In this document: positions 21,433 through 30,726 of the stretch, one piece after another
Numbering within the stretch: the stretch's first letter is position 1
Layout: every line of letters starts with the position of its first letter
Assembly (NCBI GenBank): GCA_001782075.1
Contig: MFNO01000004.1
Location: 1-60,856, forward strand
Direction: 5' to 3'
Source of the DNA: Candidatus Levybacteria bacterium RIFCSPHIGHO2_01_FULL_38_26
GTDB taxonomy: Bacteria; Patescibacteriota; Microgenomatia; Levybacterales; UBA12049
DNA length: 60,856 bases
Notes under the pieces: model-generated
What the model was told of the DNA's origin: nothing
The model's database searches: none
Seen by the model: the letters and a program-made list of their open reading frames with translations, nothing else
Position numbers and translations under genes: made by a program

Positions 21433-22365
21433 ATGACAACAGAACGCGACATGCGTCATTTTGAGAACGAGAGGAGTAGATTTGGAAACGTACTTTGGAA
21501 AGGCCCCCCTCTGGAGATAATAAGACCTTTAAAAATCAACGCTTTAGAAATGAAGAAGTTAGAATTTAGATTGAAGCCTGAACATCTTCCTTTTGATGGT
21601 GATATTTCTTTGGAATCTTTACCCCAGCTTGAAGCACATGTAAGAAGTAGATACGCACATATTGGTTTAGACGTAATAGGCGTTTGGCAGGATATTTCTG
21701 AAAGAGTTTATAAAGAGGGACGTTCTGTTTTTGATAATCCAATAGAAGCTACTGTTATTAACCACAGCGGCCGACCAATCGAGTTTGTGCCAAATGCAAA
21801 ACTTTTTCATCTTTTTCATGCTCCAGAAGCGTCTTATATCCATGGGGAAGAATTAGAGAGCATAATTGGAACTGAAAAAGACATGCCTGTTTGTATTAAA
21901 GGAGAAGAAGGGAAAGATTGGATTATTGCAAGGGAGACCTCTCCAGCTACAGGCAGAGAAGAAGCAAGAGGAGTTTTTTTAAGGATTAGCGTGGAGAGGT
22001 ATTGGATTCCTCCTTCGAACGTTCCTGTAAGAGTAACAGAAGAAGGAAGTTTTCATAGGGTTAGGGAGGATCTTTTTACATATATACTAAAAAAAACAGA
22101 TGACCCAAATTATCCTATGGCAAGAGATTCTTTTTGGGTAGGGAAAAGTTCTCATTTGGAGTTGGCAGATGATATATATGTTAAATTAGATCATGAAGCA
22201 TACGCATTGACAAATGGATCTTTCGAGAAAGTAGGATTGCAAACCCATTCACCTCTTGTTGAGGGCGGGAGAACTCGTCATTCTCTTCATTCTGAAAATA
22301 AAGGAGATGTAGATTGGATTCGAGTAACTGTCGTTAGAAATGGAGAGCCTGCAAGGCAGGGTTAA
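21433..22365 (+). CDS. Hypothetical protein, possibly a divergent dCTP deaminase/dUTPase fold
   Basis: 310-aa ORF; IEATVINHSGRPIEF...KLFHLF and QTHSPLVEGG weakly resemble Dcd segments. Confidence 0.5.
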   Translation: MTTERDMRHFENERSRFGNVLWKGPPLEIIRPLKINALEMKKLEFRLKPEHLPFDGDISLESLPQLEAHVRSRYAHIGLDVIGVWQDISERVYKEGRSVFDNPIEATVINHSGRPIEFVPNAKLFHLFHAPEASYIHGEELESIIGTEKDMPVCIKGEEGKDWIIARETSPATGREEARGVFLRISVERYWIPPSNVPVRVTEEGSFHRVREDLFTYILKKTDDPNYPMARDSFWVGKSSHLELADDIYVKLDHEAYALTNGSFEKVGLQTHSPLVEGGRTRHSLHSENKGDVDWIRVTVVRNGEPARQG

Positions 22366-22430
22366 TTATTTGTTCAAAAACTTATAGAATATGTACTAAA
22401 AATGTGGTATACTTTATGCCAAGCTTAGAG

Positions 22431-22531
22431 CTCAAAGTGCAAAGCGAAAAGCAACAGCGCAAAGCTTAAGGCTTTTTTTATAGTTTTTAGTTTTGAGTTG
22501 TTTTTTTGATTTTTGCGCTTTGCGCTTTGAG
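22431..22531. repeat. Inverted heptamer array in the fusA leader
   Basis: ctcaaag-tgcaaag-cgaaaag ... gcgcttt-gcgcttt-gag. Confidence 0.75.
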
Positions 22532-22541
22532 TTTTTTTATT

Positions 22542-24650
22542 ATGGCAGAACAAAAGAAAATTACTGATTTAAGTAAGATTAGAAATATTGGCATTATTGC
22601 TCATATTGATGCTGGCAAAACTACCACCACAGAGCGTATTCTTTACTACACCGGCAGAACTTATAAAATAGGTGATATTGATGAGGGAACGACTGTTATG
22701 GATTGGATGGAAGAGGAGAGGAAGCGTGGTATTACTATTGTTTCTGCGGCAACTACTGCTTATTGGGATGATCATAGGATAAACATTATAGATACTCCAG
22801 GTCATGTTGATTTTACAGCCGAGGTTGAGAGGTCTTTGCGTGTTCTTGACGGAGGCATTACGGTTTTGGATGCAGAAGAAGGTGTCCAATCACAGTCTGA
22901 AACTGTTTGGAGACAGGCAGATAAATACAAGGTGCCAAGAATATGCTTTGTCAACAAAATGGATAAAATAGGAGCTAATTTTTTTGCGACAATCAAAAGC
23001 ATTGAAGAAAGGCTTGGCGCCCATCCCGCAATAATGGTCTTGCCTATTGGCTCCGAGTCAAGCTTTAAAGGGGTAGTAGATTTGCTTTCAAAGAAATCTT
23101 TAATTTGGGGCGGGGATGAACTTGGGGCAAAATATGAAGCATCAGATGAAATACCCTCTGAAATGAAAGATGACGCTGAGAAATACCGCCATTTGCTAAT
23201 AGAAAAAATAGCCGAGACTGACGATGTGCTTTTGGAAAAATACCTTAACGGCCAAGAAATATCAATTGAGGAGCTAAAGAAAGCTTTAAGACAGGCTGTA
23301 ATTGATTACAAATTAGTGCCGATTTTCGCCGGCTCATCGCTTCGCAACAAAGGCGTTCAGCCGCTTCTTGATGCGGTAGTTGATTATCTACCTTCCCCGG
23401 TTGATCTTAAAGAGGTAAAAGGAATAAATCCAAAGACAAACAAAGAAGAAATGAGGAAGTTAATAGTAGATGAGTCTTTTTCTGGACTTGCTTTTAAAAT
23501 TCAGAATGATCCTCACGTTGGAAAACTAACGTATTTCAGAGTTTATTCGGGAAAGATTGAGGCTGGATCATATGTTTATAACAGCACTAAAGACAAACAG
23601 GAACGCGTAGGAAGACTTCTTCTTATGCATGCAAATCAAAGAGTGGAGATAAAAGAAGCTTTAGCTGGAGAAATTATAGCAGTTGTGGGGCTTAAAGAGA
23701 CTACGACAGGAGATACTCTTTGTAATCAATCAAGTCCAATTATTCTTGAAAAGATTTCCTTTCCGGAACCAGTCATCTCCCTGGCTATTGAGCCCAAAAC
23801 TACTTCAGATCAGGAAAAATTAGGTTTAGCGTTGAAGCGGCTGATGGAAGAGGATCCTACATTTTATGTTAAGACAAACCACGAAACAGGCCAGACAATA
23901 ATTTCTGGCGTTGGGGAGCTGCAGCTTGAAGTAAAAGTAAACACAATGAAATCTGACTTTGGAGTTGATGCCAATGTTGGCGCGCCTCAAGTTGCCTATA
24001 AAGAAACAATAGCAAGATTGGCTGAGGGAGAAGGTAAATATATTCGTCAATCCGGAGGAAGAGGTCAGTATGGTCATTGTTTCCTGCGTATAGAGCCAAA
24101 GCCAAGAGGCGAGGGGTTTGAATTTGTCAATGCGATAAAAGGAGGAGCAATTCCAGCTGAGTTTGTCACTTCGATAGAAAAGGGCGTCAAAGAGACAATG
24201 GAAAATGGAATTCTTTTGGGATATCCAATGGTAGATATGAAAGTGACTGTTTATGACGGAAGTTACCATGAAGTTGATTCTTCAGACATTGCTTTTAAGA
24301 TTGCGGCAAGCCAGGCCTTACAAGCGGGGTCTAAAAAAGCAGGGTTAACCCTTCTTGAGCCTATTATGAAAGTAGAAGTTACAACTCCTTCTGAGTTTTT
24401 AGGAGACGTTATAGGTGATCTTTCCGCAAAGAGGGCGCAGATTTTAGGAACAGAGGAGAGAAGCCGCGCGACAATAATTCTTGCAATGGTACCACTAGAA
24501 GAACTATCAGGCTATGCAACTATCTTGAGGAGCATGTCGCAGGGTAGGGCATCGTATTACATGGAGCCATCACACTACGAAGAAGTTCCAAAAAATATCC
24601 AAGAACAAATGCTTGCTAAGTCTACGTTTACAGGGAGGGTGGAGAGGTAG
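22542..24650 (+). CDS. fusA: Elongation factor G
   Basis: [34 protein letters not shown]. Confidence 0.99.
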   Translation: MAEQKKITDLSKIRNIGIIAHIDAGKTTTTERILYYTGRTYKIGDIDEGTTVMDWMEEERKRGITIVSAATTAYWDDHRINIIDTPGHVDFTAEVERSLRVLDGGITVLDAEEGVQSQSETVWRQADKYKVPRICFVNKMDKIGANFFATIKSIEERLGAHPAIMVLPIGSESSFKGVVDLLSKKSLIWGGDELGAKYEASDEIPSEMKDDAEKYRHLLIEKIAETDDVLLEKYLNGQEISIEELKKALRQAVIDYKLVPIFAGSSLRNKGVQPLLDAVVDYLPSPVDLKEVKGINPKTNKEEMRKLIVDESFSGLAFKIQNDPHVGKLTYFRVYSGKIEAGSYVYNSTKDKQERVGRLLLMHANQRVEIKEALAGEIIAVVGLKETTTGDTLCNQSSPIILEKISFPEPVISLAIEPKTTSDQEKLGLALKRLMEEDPTFYVKTNHETGQTIISGVGELQLEVKVNTMKSDFGVDANVGAPQVAYKETIARLAEGEGKYIRQSGGRGQYGHCFLRIEPKPRGEGFEFVNAIKGGAIPAEFVTSIEKGVKETMENGILLGYPMVDMKVTVYDGSYHEVDSSDIAFKIAASQALQAGSKKAGLTLLEPIMKVEVTTPSEFLGDVIGDLSAKRAQILGTEERSRATIILAMVPLEELSGYATILRSMSQGRASYYMEPSHYEEVPKNIQEQMLAKSTFTGRVER

Positions 24651-24662
24651 GGAAATAGAGTC

Positions 24663-25523
24663 TTATAGCTCCGATAAAACTGCGGTTTCTTTGCCCCGGT
24701 CTTTAATGAATTCAAGGTATCTTTCTGTTGTTGAGAGTCTTTTATGCCCCAACAACTTTGATATAAGCACTAAAGACACGCCATGTTTTAGATGGTGCGC
24801 AACAAATGTATGTCTAAGATCATTCACTTTTGCATTTTTTATCTCGGCAAGCCTAAGGTACCTCTCTACAGCAGTTCTGATATTTCTTATCAAAAACGGC
24901 CTGCCGGATTTGGTTATAAAAAGGTGATCTGTTTGTGACTTAGGTCTTATTTCTATATATTTACCCAGAGCTTCTTTTGCTCGTTTGTTAAGAGGTACTG
25001 TTCTTTCTTCGTGTTTTTCAACTGGTCGTATATAAAGTTTGTCTTCTTTAACATCAGGCATTCTAAGAGCAGCCAATTCTCCAATCCTAATTCCAGCTTG
25101 AAGCAAGAGTTCAATAATTGCAGACATACGTGCGTCATTTCTGGCAGCGTCTCTTAAAGCTCTGTATTCCATAGGCGTCAGTATTCGAGGAGGAGCAAGT
25201 TGATAGCGAGGATGCGCAACTAAAAGAGACGGATCGTCTGTGACATATTCGTTGACTTTTAGGAATCTATAGAAAGTACGAGTTGAGTTGAGTTTTCGCG
25301 AGATTGATTTTGGAGTATACCCGTCTTTCCCCATTTTGGCCAAAAAAGCTTCGATTTCTTCTTTTGTGACCTCATGCACAAAGTTTTTTTTAAGATTCTT
25401 TAGAAAATCAACAAGCTGATTAATGTCTTTTCCATATGCTATAATCGTAGAACTCGAGTGCTTGTTGGTTTTTAGATAATCCCTGAAGTTATCGTAAGCA
25501 TCACCTAATTTAGTCGGTTTCAT
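24663..25523 (-). CDS. XerC/D-like tyrosine recombinase
   Basis: N-terminal SAM-like domain; GIRIGEL, NDLRHTF, LLGH, TTERY. Confidence 0.9.
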   Translation of the reverse strand: MKPTKLGDAYDNFRDYLKTNKHSSSTIIAYGKDINQLVDFLKNLKKNFVHEVTKEEIEAFLAKMGKDGYTPKSISRKLNSTRTFYRFLKVNEYVTDDPSLLVAHPRYQLAPPRILTPMEYRALRDAARNDARMSAIIELLLQAGIRIGELAALRMPDVKEDKLYIRPVEKHEERTVPLNKRAKEALGKYIEIRPKSQTDHLFITKSGRPFLIRNIRTAVERYLRLAEIKNAKVNDLRHTFVAHHLKHGVSLVLISKLLGHKRLSTTERYLEFIKDRGKETAVLSEL

Positions 25524-25581
25524 ACTATGAGACCTATAATATCAATAATCTACATCCAAGTCAAGCCCATGAGGTTATAAT

Positions 25582-25926
25582 ATGAAGAAAATTTTATTTT
25601 TTGCCACTGTTTTAATATCATTTTTTGTTATCAATAATCTGGCCCGTTCAATATATGACATTTGGCAAAAACGAGATTTGGTAGTTGAGGCAGAGCTAGA
25701 GCTGGCAAAACAAAAACAAGAAAACCAAAGCCTCCAGAGCGAGTTGGTTTATGTTGAAAGTGAAGAGTTTGTTGAGGAGACAGCAAGAAACAAGCTTCTT
25801 TTGGTAAAACCGGGAGAACAGGAAGTGTTGATCCATCAGGATTTGATTAAGGAAGTCAGTTCTTCTTCGGCAAATATACAAAAAGTTGATCCAAGTTGGA
25901 AAAAGTGGTGGAAACTATTCTTTTAA
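25582..25926 (+). CDS. Septum formation initiator (FtsB/DivIC family)
   Basis: TM segment plus coiled coil, FVEETARNKLLLVKPGE. Confidence 0.85.
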   Translation: MKKILFFATVLISFFVINNLARSIYDIWQKRDLVVEAELELAKQKQENQSLQSELVYVESEEFVEETARNKLLLVKPGEQEVLIHQDLIKEVSSSSANIQKVDPSWKKWWKLFF

Positions 25927-26708
25927 AAGAGAATAGATCCAGACGTAATTCCAAATTCTTTTGCCGCGCTTTTTCCTTGAATTACTAGTTCAAGAAGTTG
26001 TTTAGTGCCGAATCCGGAGCTACCCACAATGATACCTGGTTTATGATTAGGGACATCTTTTAGCCTAGGATAGCACTGAAATTCACCTAGTTTGGTTTTT
26101 AATATTTTACCTGGTTTAAACCCTATATCTTTGGGTAAAACAGTAGTCTTGCAATTGCCGAAATTATCCACCCACCAGATTGTTTTTGGGATATCTTTCA
26201 CATTTTCAAGTGGATATTTTTCGCTTGCTACTTCAATTTTATCTACTATTAGTTTGGCTGCGCGAGGCGCAAAATCATAGCTTCTAAATTGGCTGTTGAC
26301 AATTAGATCGTGAAATTCACTCTTGACATAACCATGCTTGATCATAAGATTAACTGTTTTGGGTAAATCGAATACTTTAACAGAATCGATAAGACTAAAT
26401 TTCTTGATAAGAGATAAGCAATAGCCATCTATAGTTGACACAACTAGAGTATCTTTAAAGAAAAAGTATCCGAATGGCGTCCCATTTTCCCATTTTTTTC
26501 CTCCTCCGTGTCTTGGCGCGACATTGGCAATAATTAGGCCTTTTTTTCCTTCCGAGGCATCAAGAACGTCAATTAGATTACCTGCTGTTTGAAGATCGTC
26601 CTCAACTCCTATTATGGATACGCCGTATCCAAAAAGAGTTAAAGCTCTTGTTGCCTGTCTTGCTAGTGCATTTTGATCTCTGCAGTCATTTATGATAGTT
26701 GTAAACAT
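25923..26708 (-). CDS. SAM hydroxide adenosyltransferase/halogenase family (DUF62-like) protein
   Basis: NVAPR, QFRSYDF, WVDNFGNCKT, GSSG..LELV. Confidence 0.7.
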   Translation of the reverse strand: MFTTIINDCRDQNALARQATRALTLFGYGVSIIGVEDDLQTAGNLIDVLDASEGKKGLIIANVAPRHGGGKKWENGTPFGYFFFKDTLVVSTIDGYCLSLIKKFSLIDSVKVFDLPKTVNLMIKHGYVKSEFHDLIVNSQFRSYDFAPRAAKLIVDKIEVASEKYPLENVKDIPKTIWWVDNFGNCKTTVLPKDIGFKPGKILKTKLGEFQCYPRLKDVPNHKPGIIVGSSGFGTKQLLELVIQGKSAAKEFGITSGSILF

Positions 26709-26830
26709 AAACTTAAAAGAAAAAACGAGACCCCTCGTAGTCTCGATTAATCATATAATATCACTCTTGAAGTTCTATTTGCAAATAAAGATCTTTTGAC
26801 ACAAAGTCTATATTCTGGTTTGGAAGAATT

Positions 26831-27076
26831 CTAAATCTTCAATCTTAAAATATCTATTTTGTTTTGCCTGCTCCAGTTTTTAATTTGTGACTCGCGTTTT
26901 AATGCCGCTGATTTTGATTCAAGCTGTTCGGTATGCAAAAGTTTTACAGGCTTGTGAGAACGGGTATATCTTCCGCCTTTGCCGTTTTTATGGTCGATAA
27001 ATCTAACTTTAGGATTGCTTGACGACCCTGTATAAAGACTGCCGTCGGAACAGAGGAGAATATAAACAAACCACAT
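26831..27076 (-). CDS. Small GIY-YIG nuclease (UPF0213-like)
   Basis: FVYIL..DGSLYTG...R..DH..GKGGRYT...ALKRESQIK. Confidence 0.92.
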   Translation of the reverse strand: MWFVYILLCSDGSLYTGSSSNPKVRFIDHKNGKGGRYTRSHKPVKLLHTEQLESKSAALKRESQIKNWSRQNKIDILRLKI

Positions 27077-27082
27077 ATTTAA

Positions 27083-27155
27083 GTCCTTCGACTTGGCTTC
27101 GGTAAACTCAGCCTCCCTCAGGACACTTCTCCTTTGCTTCGCGCAGTCGAAGTGT
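27083..27155. repeat. Two palindromic hairpins between the tRNA 3' end and the GIY-YIG gene
   Basis: gtccttcgac...ctcaggac (with nested ggcttcgg...cagcc) and acacttc...gaagtgt. Confidence 0.7.
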
Positions 27156-27417
27156 TGCGGGGCTGGTATCGAAACCAGACTATGAGATTATGCATTTGTT
27201 TCTCCAATTACTTGGAGTGTCGGACTATATCTTCTCCGATGTTACATCGGAGCTCAGCGTGTAGTCTCTACGGTGTCCCCGATTAAATCGAGGTTCCCTC
27301 GGTATTGTCCTTCGCGACATCTCAGGAGTTCACCGATATAGCTGAGTACTATTCTCAATATTTCTATCAAGATGGCCCATTTTGTTAAGCCTCATGTGCG
27401 CCTTACACTACCCCGCG
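27155..27417 (-). tRNA. tRNA-Met(CAT), initiator-type, split by a group I intron (exons 27417-27388 and 27192-27155)
   Basis: Spliced CGCGGGG...TGAGG-CT^CATAA-TCTCA...CCCCGCA-A folds as a cloverleaf with a C1:A72 mismatch; CCA not encoded. Confidence 0.88.
27193..27387 (-). ncRNA. Group I self-splicing intron, 195 nt, no ORF
   Basis: P1 GGCU/GGCC with U-G pair, P3 CTCAGC/GCTGAG, P7 GACTA/TAGTC, J8/7 AAGATA, GNRA loops on P2 and P9, terminal G. Confidence 0.92.
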
Positions 27418-27427
27418 CGTAATTTAC

Positions 27428-27497
27428 ATACTAACAAAAACACTCTCATTAGTCAATAAAATTGGTAATTGACAAATAAATCGAACCTATTTATAGT
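27428..27497. promoter_or_regulatory. Back-to-back sigma70 promoters (tRNA on - strand, ORF 27530 on + strand)
   Basis: - strand TTGACT-17-TAGTAT (27456-27428); + strand TTGACA-17-TATAGT (27469-27497). Confidence 0.7.
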
Positions 27498-27529
27498 ATT
27501 AGTACTAACGTATATCGTAGGTTCATTTT

Positions 27530-28213
27530 ATGGCTAAATCATTACTTAGGCTAGAGGCTCGTAAGCTACGTAAAAAAGGACTGAGTGTTAAAAGAATTGC
27601 TCAATATCTAAAAATTGCCAAGAGCTCAGCAAGCATCTGGACTAGAGATATTATTTTAACTGTAGAACAACTAGAGAATCTAAGAAAATCGAGCTTAGAA
27701 GGCGCAGAACGCGGACGCATCAAAAATGCCTTGCTTCAGAAAGAAAGATGGAAAAGAAAGATGGAAACTTTCAAGAAATCAGGAATAAAGAGTATAGGAA
27801 AATTAACTGATAGGGAATTTCTGATTGCGGGACTTGCTCTGTATTGGGGTGAGGGATACAAAAAAGGAAGAAGACTCCAGTTATGCAATTCAGATCCAAA
27901 AATGATAAAATTTTTGCTACTTTGGTTACAACGATGTTTTTCTATAAGTAGCTTGGACATACGATGTCGAGTAGGAATAAATTACATACATATTAAGAGG
28001 GAAAATATTGTTAAGGAATACTGGTCAAGAATTACAAGTGTTCCCCTAGCCCAATTCACAAGAACAAGCTTTAAGAAAGTAGAAAATAAGAAGCTATATG
28101 ATAATTTTAATGATCATTATGGTACGCTGTCAGTCGAGATTGTACAGCCTTCCCGCTTTTATGGTAAAATCATAGGACTTATTGACGGTTTACATGCAAA
28201 TATGCCAGGGTAG
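27530..28213 (+). CDS. HTH plus degenerate LAGLIDADG-like domain protein (tRNA-adjacent)
   Basis: ARKLRKKGLSVKRIAQYLKIAKSSASIW (HTH); IAGLALYWGEG...NSDPKMIKF; stop codon lies inside the next tRNA. Confidence 0.7.
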   Translation: MAKSLLRLEARKLRKKGLSVKRIAQYLKIAKSSASIWTRDIILTVEQLENLRKSSLEGAERGRIKNALLQKERWKRKMETFKKSGIKSIGKLTDREFLIAGLALYWGEGYKKGRRLQLCNSDPKMIKFLLLWLQRCFSISSLDIRCRVGINYIHIKRENIVKEYWSRITSVPLAQFTRTSFKKVENKKLYDNFNDHYGTLSVEIVQPSRFYGKIIGLIDGLHANMPG

Positions 28214-28276
28214 CTCAGTGGTAGTAGCAACAGTATCATAAACTGTAGGTCGTGGGTTCGATCCCCACCCCTGGTA
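28204..28276 (+). tRNA. tRNA with CAT anticodon (elongator Met or Ile2)
   Basis: GCCAGGG/CCCTGGT acceptor, ACAGT-ATCATAA-ACTGT anticodon arm, GTGGG-TTCGATC-CCCAC T arm. Confidence 0.92.
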
Positions 28277-28290
28277 CAAAAGAAATTAAA

Positions 28291-28356
28291 TGTCATCCTG
28301 AGCGAAGCGAAGGATCTTGTGAGATTCTTCAGTTGCTTTGCTCCTTCAGAATGACA
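28291..28356. repeat. TGTCAT...ATGACA palindromic element downstream of the tRNA
   Basis: tgtcatcctgagcgaagcgaaggatct...agattcttc...cagaatgaca. Confidence 0.88.
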
Positions 28357-28370
28357 CTTCCTTTAATTTT

Positions 28371-29198
28371 ATGAATAATCAGCCATACCTGCCGGCAGAC
28401 AGGTCGATTGGAGTTTTTGATTCAGGCGTTGGCGGGCTTTCGATCCTCACGGCAGTAAAAGAATTATTACCCAATGAATCCTTTGTATATCTTGCCGATC
28501 AAAAAAATAATCCTTATGGAGGAAGATCGGTCAGCGAAATTAAAAAACTGTCCTCAAAAGTAATAGAGTTTTTGATTGATAAGAAGGTAAAGCTTGTAAT
28601 TGTCGCCTGTAATACGGTGAGCGTAAACGCGATTGATTATTTACGTTCCAAATTTAGTATTCCTATTATAGCCGTTGTTCCTGTTGTGAAGACTATATCT
28701 GAAAAAACGAAAACGGGTGAGGTGTTGGTACTCTCGACTCCTGCAACAGCAAAAAGCCAATACTTAAAAAACTTAATTAAAAAATTTTCAAATGGAAAAA
28801 AAGTGCATGTTGTAGGTACAAGTAGACTAGAGCACTTGGCTGAGAAGGGGATAATTACTGGTCCGAAAGTTAAGTCTGCTATTAAGGCTTCGTTGTCTAT
28901 TATTAAGAATAGTAATATTGATTCAATTGCCTTAGGTTGCACTCATTATCCTTTTTTAACAAAAGAAATTCAGAAATTCGTTGGGCCAAATGTTTACATA
29001 TACGACTCCGGAGGAGCTATTGCAAGAAGGACAAAAGTGGTTCTTGAGAATGAAAAGTTGTTATCTGAAAAGAGTAATGAAGATGTTTTATATACTACAG
29101 GAGATGATAAAGAGTTTGAGAGGGTATTGAAAAAGATTTTGGGAAAAGATTTCGACCGATTGATAAAAAAGATAAAAAAAGCTAACTTGGAATCATGA
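28371..29198 (+). CDS. murI: Glutamate racemase
   Basis: FDSGVGGLS, VACNT, LGCTHYP. Confidence 0.96.
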   Translation: MNNQPYLPADRSIGVFDSGVGGLSILTAVKELLPNESFVYLADQKNNPYGGRSVSEIKKLSSKVIEFLIDKKVKLVIVACNTVSVNAIDYLRSKFSIPIIAVVPVVKTISEKTKTGEVLVLSTPATAKSQYLKNLIKKFSNGKKVHVVGTSRLEHLAEKGIITGPKVKSAIKASLSIIKNSNIDSIALGCTHYPFLTKEIQKFVGPNVYIYDSGGAIARRTKVVLENEKLLSEKSNEDVLYTTGDDKEFERVLKKILGKDFDRLIKKIKKANLES

Positions 29199-30724
29199 GC
29201 GAATCATCAGATCAAGCGGAAATAACAAAAAAGGAGGACGGCGGAAATCCAGAATCTTTCATTGATAAAAAACTGAATGAGAAAATGGGAAGAAGAAAGT
29301 TTTTAGGTCGATTGGCTAAAGGTGCTGCTGTTGTGGGGGGTGCGATTGTTGTATCACAAATTCCAGATGTCAGAAGGTCACCAAGTATTGCAGAATCGCA
29401 ATTCGAACACATGTCAGTTAATGGTGTTAATGTTGCCCTTGACAAAGAAGGCATTCCTGTATTTTACACAACAGCAGATGGGAAAAAAGTAGGATTTGAT
29501 AGAGAGGAAATGAGGCGCATCAGGGCTAAAGCGATTGAAGGCAAGGAGGCAGAAGTAATTACTGTAATTCGAAGCGAGCAGGAAGAAAATTATAAGTTTA
29601 GACCTACGAAAGAGCGACAAGAAACAAAAAGACTCCCCAAAGACACTGTCTCTTCTGAAGAGCTTGAAAGAAGAGGGATTAAAATCATCCAGCCTCCACA
29701 AAATCCAGATAATGAAAAGCCAATGAATCTGCATATTAGAGAAGGAGCTTTTGAAGAGGGAGCTCCTCTTCATATATATAAAAATCAAAAAGACAGTGGA
29801 ATTAACGCAAAACTGACTATAGCCCTAATTGATGCTCCATTTGTTGCACAAAGATTTCTTCAAGATACAAGATATGATGAGGTTAAGGGTGAGCTACCCG
29901 AAGAAGATTCCGAGAAATTGATTGATGAATATAGAAAATCAGCGATTAGCAACTTACAAAGCACCTCCTATAGCAGTAATCAGGCTTCTTATAGGGCACA
30001 GTTGTTGGTTTTGGAAAAAGGGATTCTTTCAAAAGAAGAAATTTTAAAACGTATAAAACCAACTAAAACCCAAGAAAAATATATGGCTGATCAAAAAATA
30101 GTCAAAGGGCTTCATTTAGGTACAGTCTCAATTCCTATTGGCTATGATAGATCTGGTATGGAAAAAGAAGGACAAAATTCATCAATGCAAGGAAACCTTA
30201 TATCACCCCCTGTAAAAGAAGCTTCAACAACAATATTTATAAGCATAGGGAAGTCTAATGAAAACTATTTTGACGAAATTACTGATTTAAGTCATATGTA
30301 TTTTAACTCAGATGGGGAATTTAAGTTTCGCAAGTTATATATTACCCATCCATTGAATACTATGGGAGGTATGGAGATAAGGGGTAGCCAGACACATCCT
30401 AGCCCCTCGGATTTTAAGTTAAATTCTTCAGCGTCTCAAGAAAACGATGAGTATCCTTATGGAGCACAAACCCCAGGTATTTTAGTAAGACATGAAGTCC
30501 AGCACAACGTGTTAACTACCCAAAGAATACTTAAAGGTGAAGAATCTAACGAAAGTGAGTTTGATGCAGACATGGCAGCAATGGAGAGTATAATAGAGGC
30601 CCGAGATAAATGGGAGAGCTCTGGATTTAAAGACAATAGCGGATATTATTTTGTTTTTAGTCTGCCTGAGGGTGGGTATATTCTAACAGGGAATCAGCCT
30701 ACTGCTTCGAGTGTAAAGACTTAG
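29195..30724 (+). CDS. Hypothetical protein with RRxFL/TM N-terminus and HExxH motif
   Basis: GRRKFLGRLAKGAAVVGG; RHEVQH...EFDAD. Confidence 0.6.
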   Translation: MSESSDQAEITKKEDGGNPESFIDKKLNEKMGRRKFLGRLAKGAAVVGGAIVVSQIPDVRRSPSIAESQFEHMSVNGVNVALDKEGIPVFYTTADGKKVGFDREEMRRIRAKAIEGKEAEVITVIRSEQEENYKFRPTKERQETKRLPKDTVSSEELERRGIKIIQPPQNPDNEKPMNLHIREGAFEEGAPLHIYKNQKDSGINAKLTIALIDAPFVAQRFLQDTRYDEVKGELPEEDSEKLIDEYRKSAISNLQSTSYSSNQASYRAQLLVLEKGILSKEEILKRIKPTKTQEKYMADQKIVKGLHLGTVSIPIGYDRSGMEKEGQNSSMQGNLISPPVKEASTTIFISIGKSNENYFDEITDLSHMYFNSDGEFKFRKLYITHPLNTMGGMEIRGSQTHPSPSDFKLNSSASQENDEYPYGAQTPGILVRHEVQHNVLTTQRILKGEESNESEFDADMAAMESIIEARDKWESSGFKDNSGYYFVFSLPEGGYILTGNQPTASSVKT

Positions 30725-30726
30725 TT

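Noticed and set aside
25923-26708. Fluorinase/chlorinase natural-product role
   Set aside because: No biosynthetic context; the generic SAM hydrolase family explains the motifs
24663-28356. Tyrosine recombinase near tRNAs as a prophage or integrative element
   Set aside because: No duplicated tRNA 3' end, no phage or conjugation genes, and the neighbours are housekeeping genes
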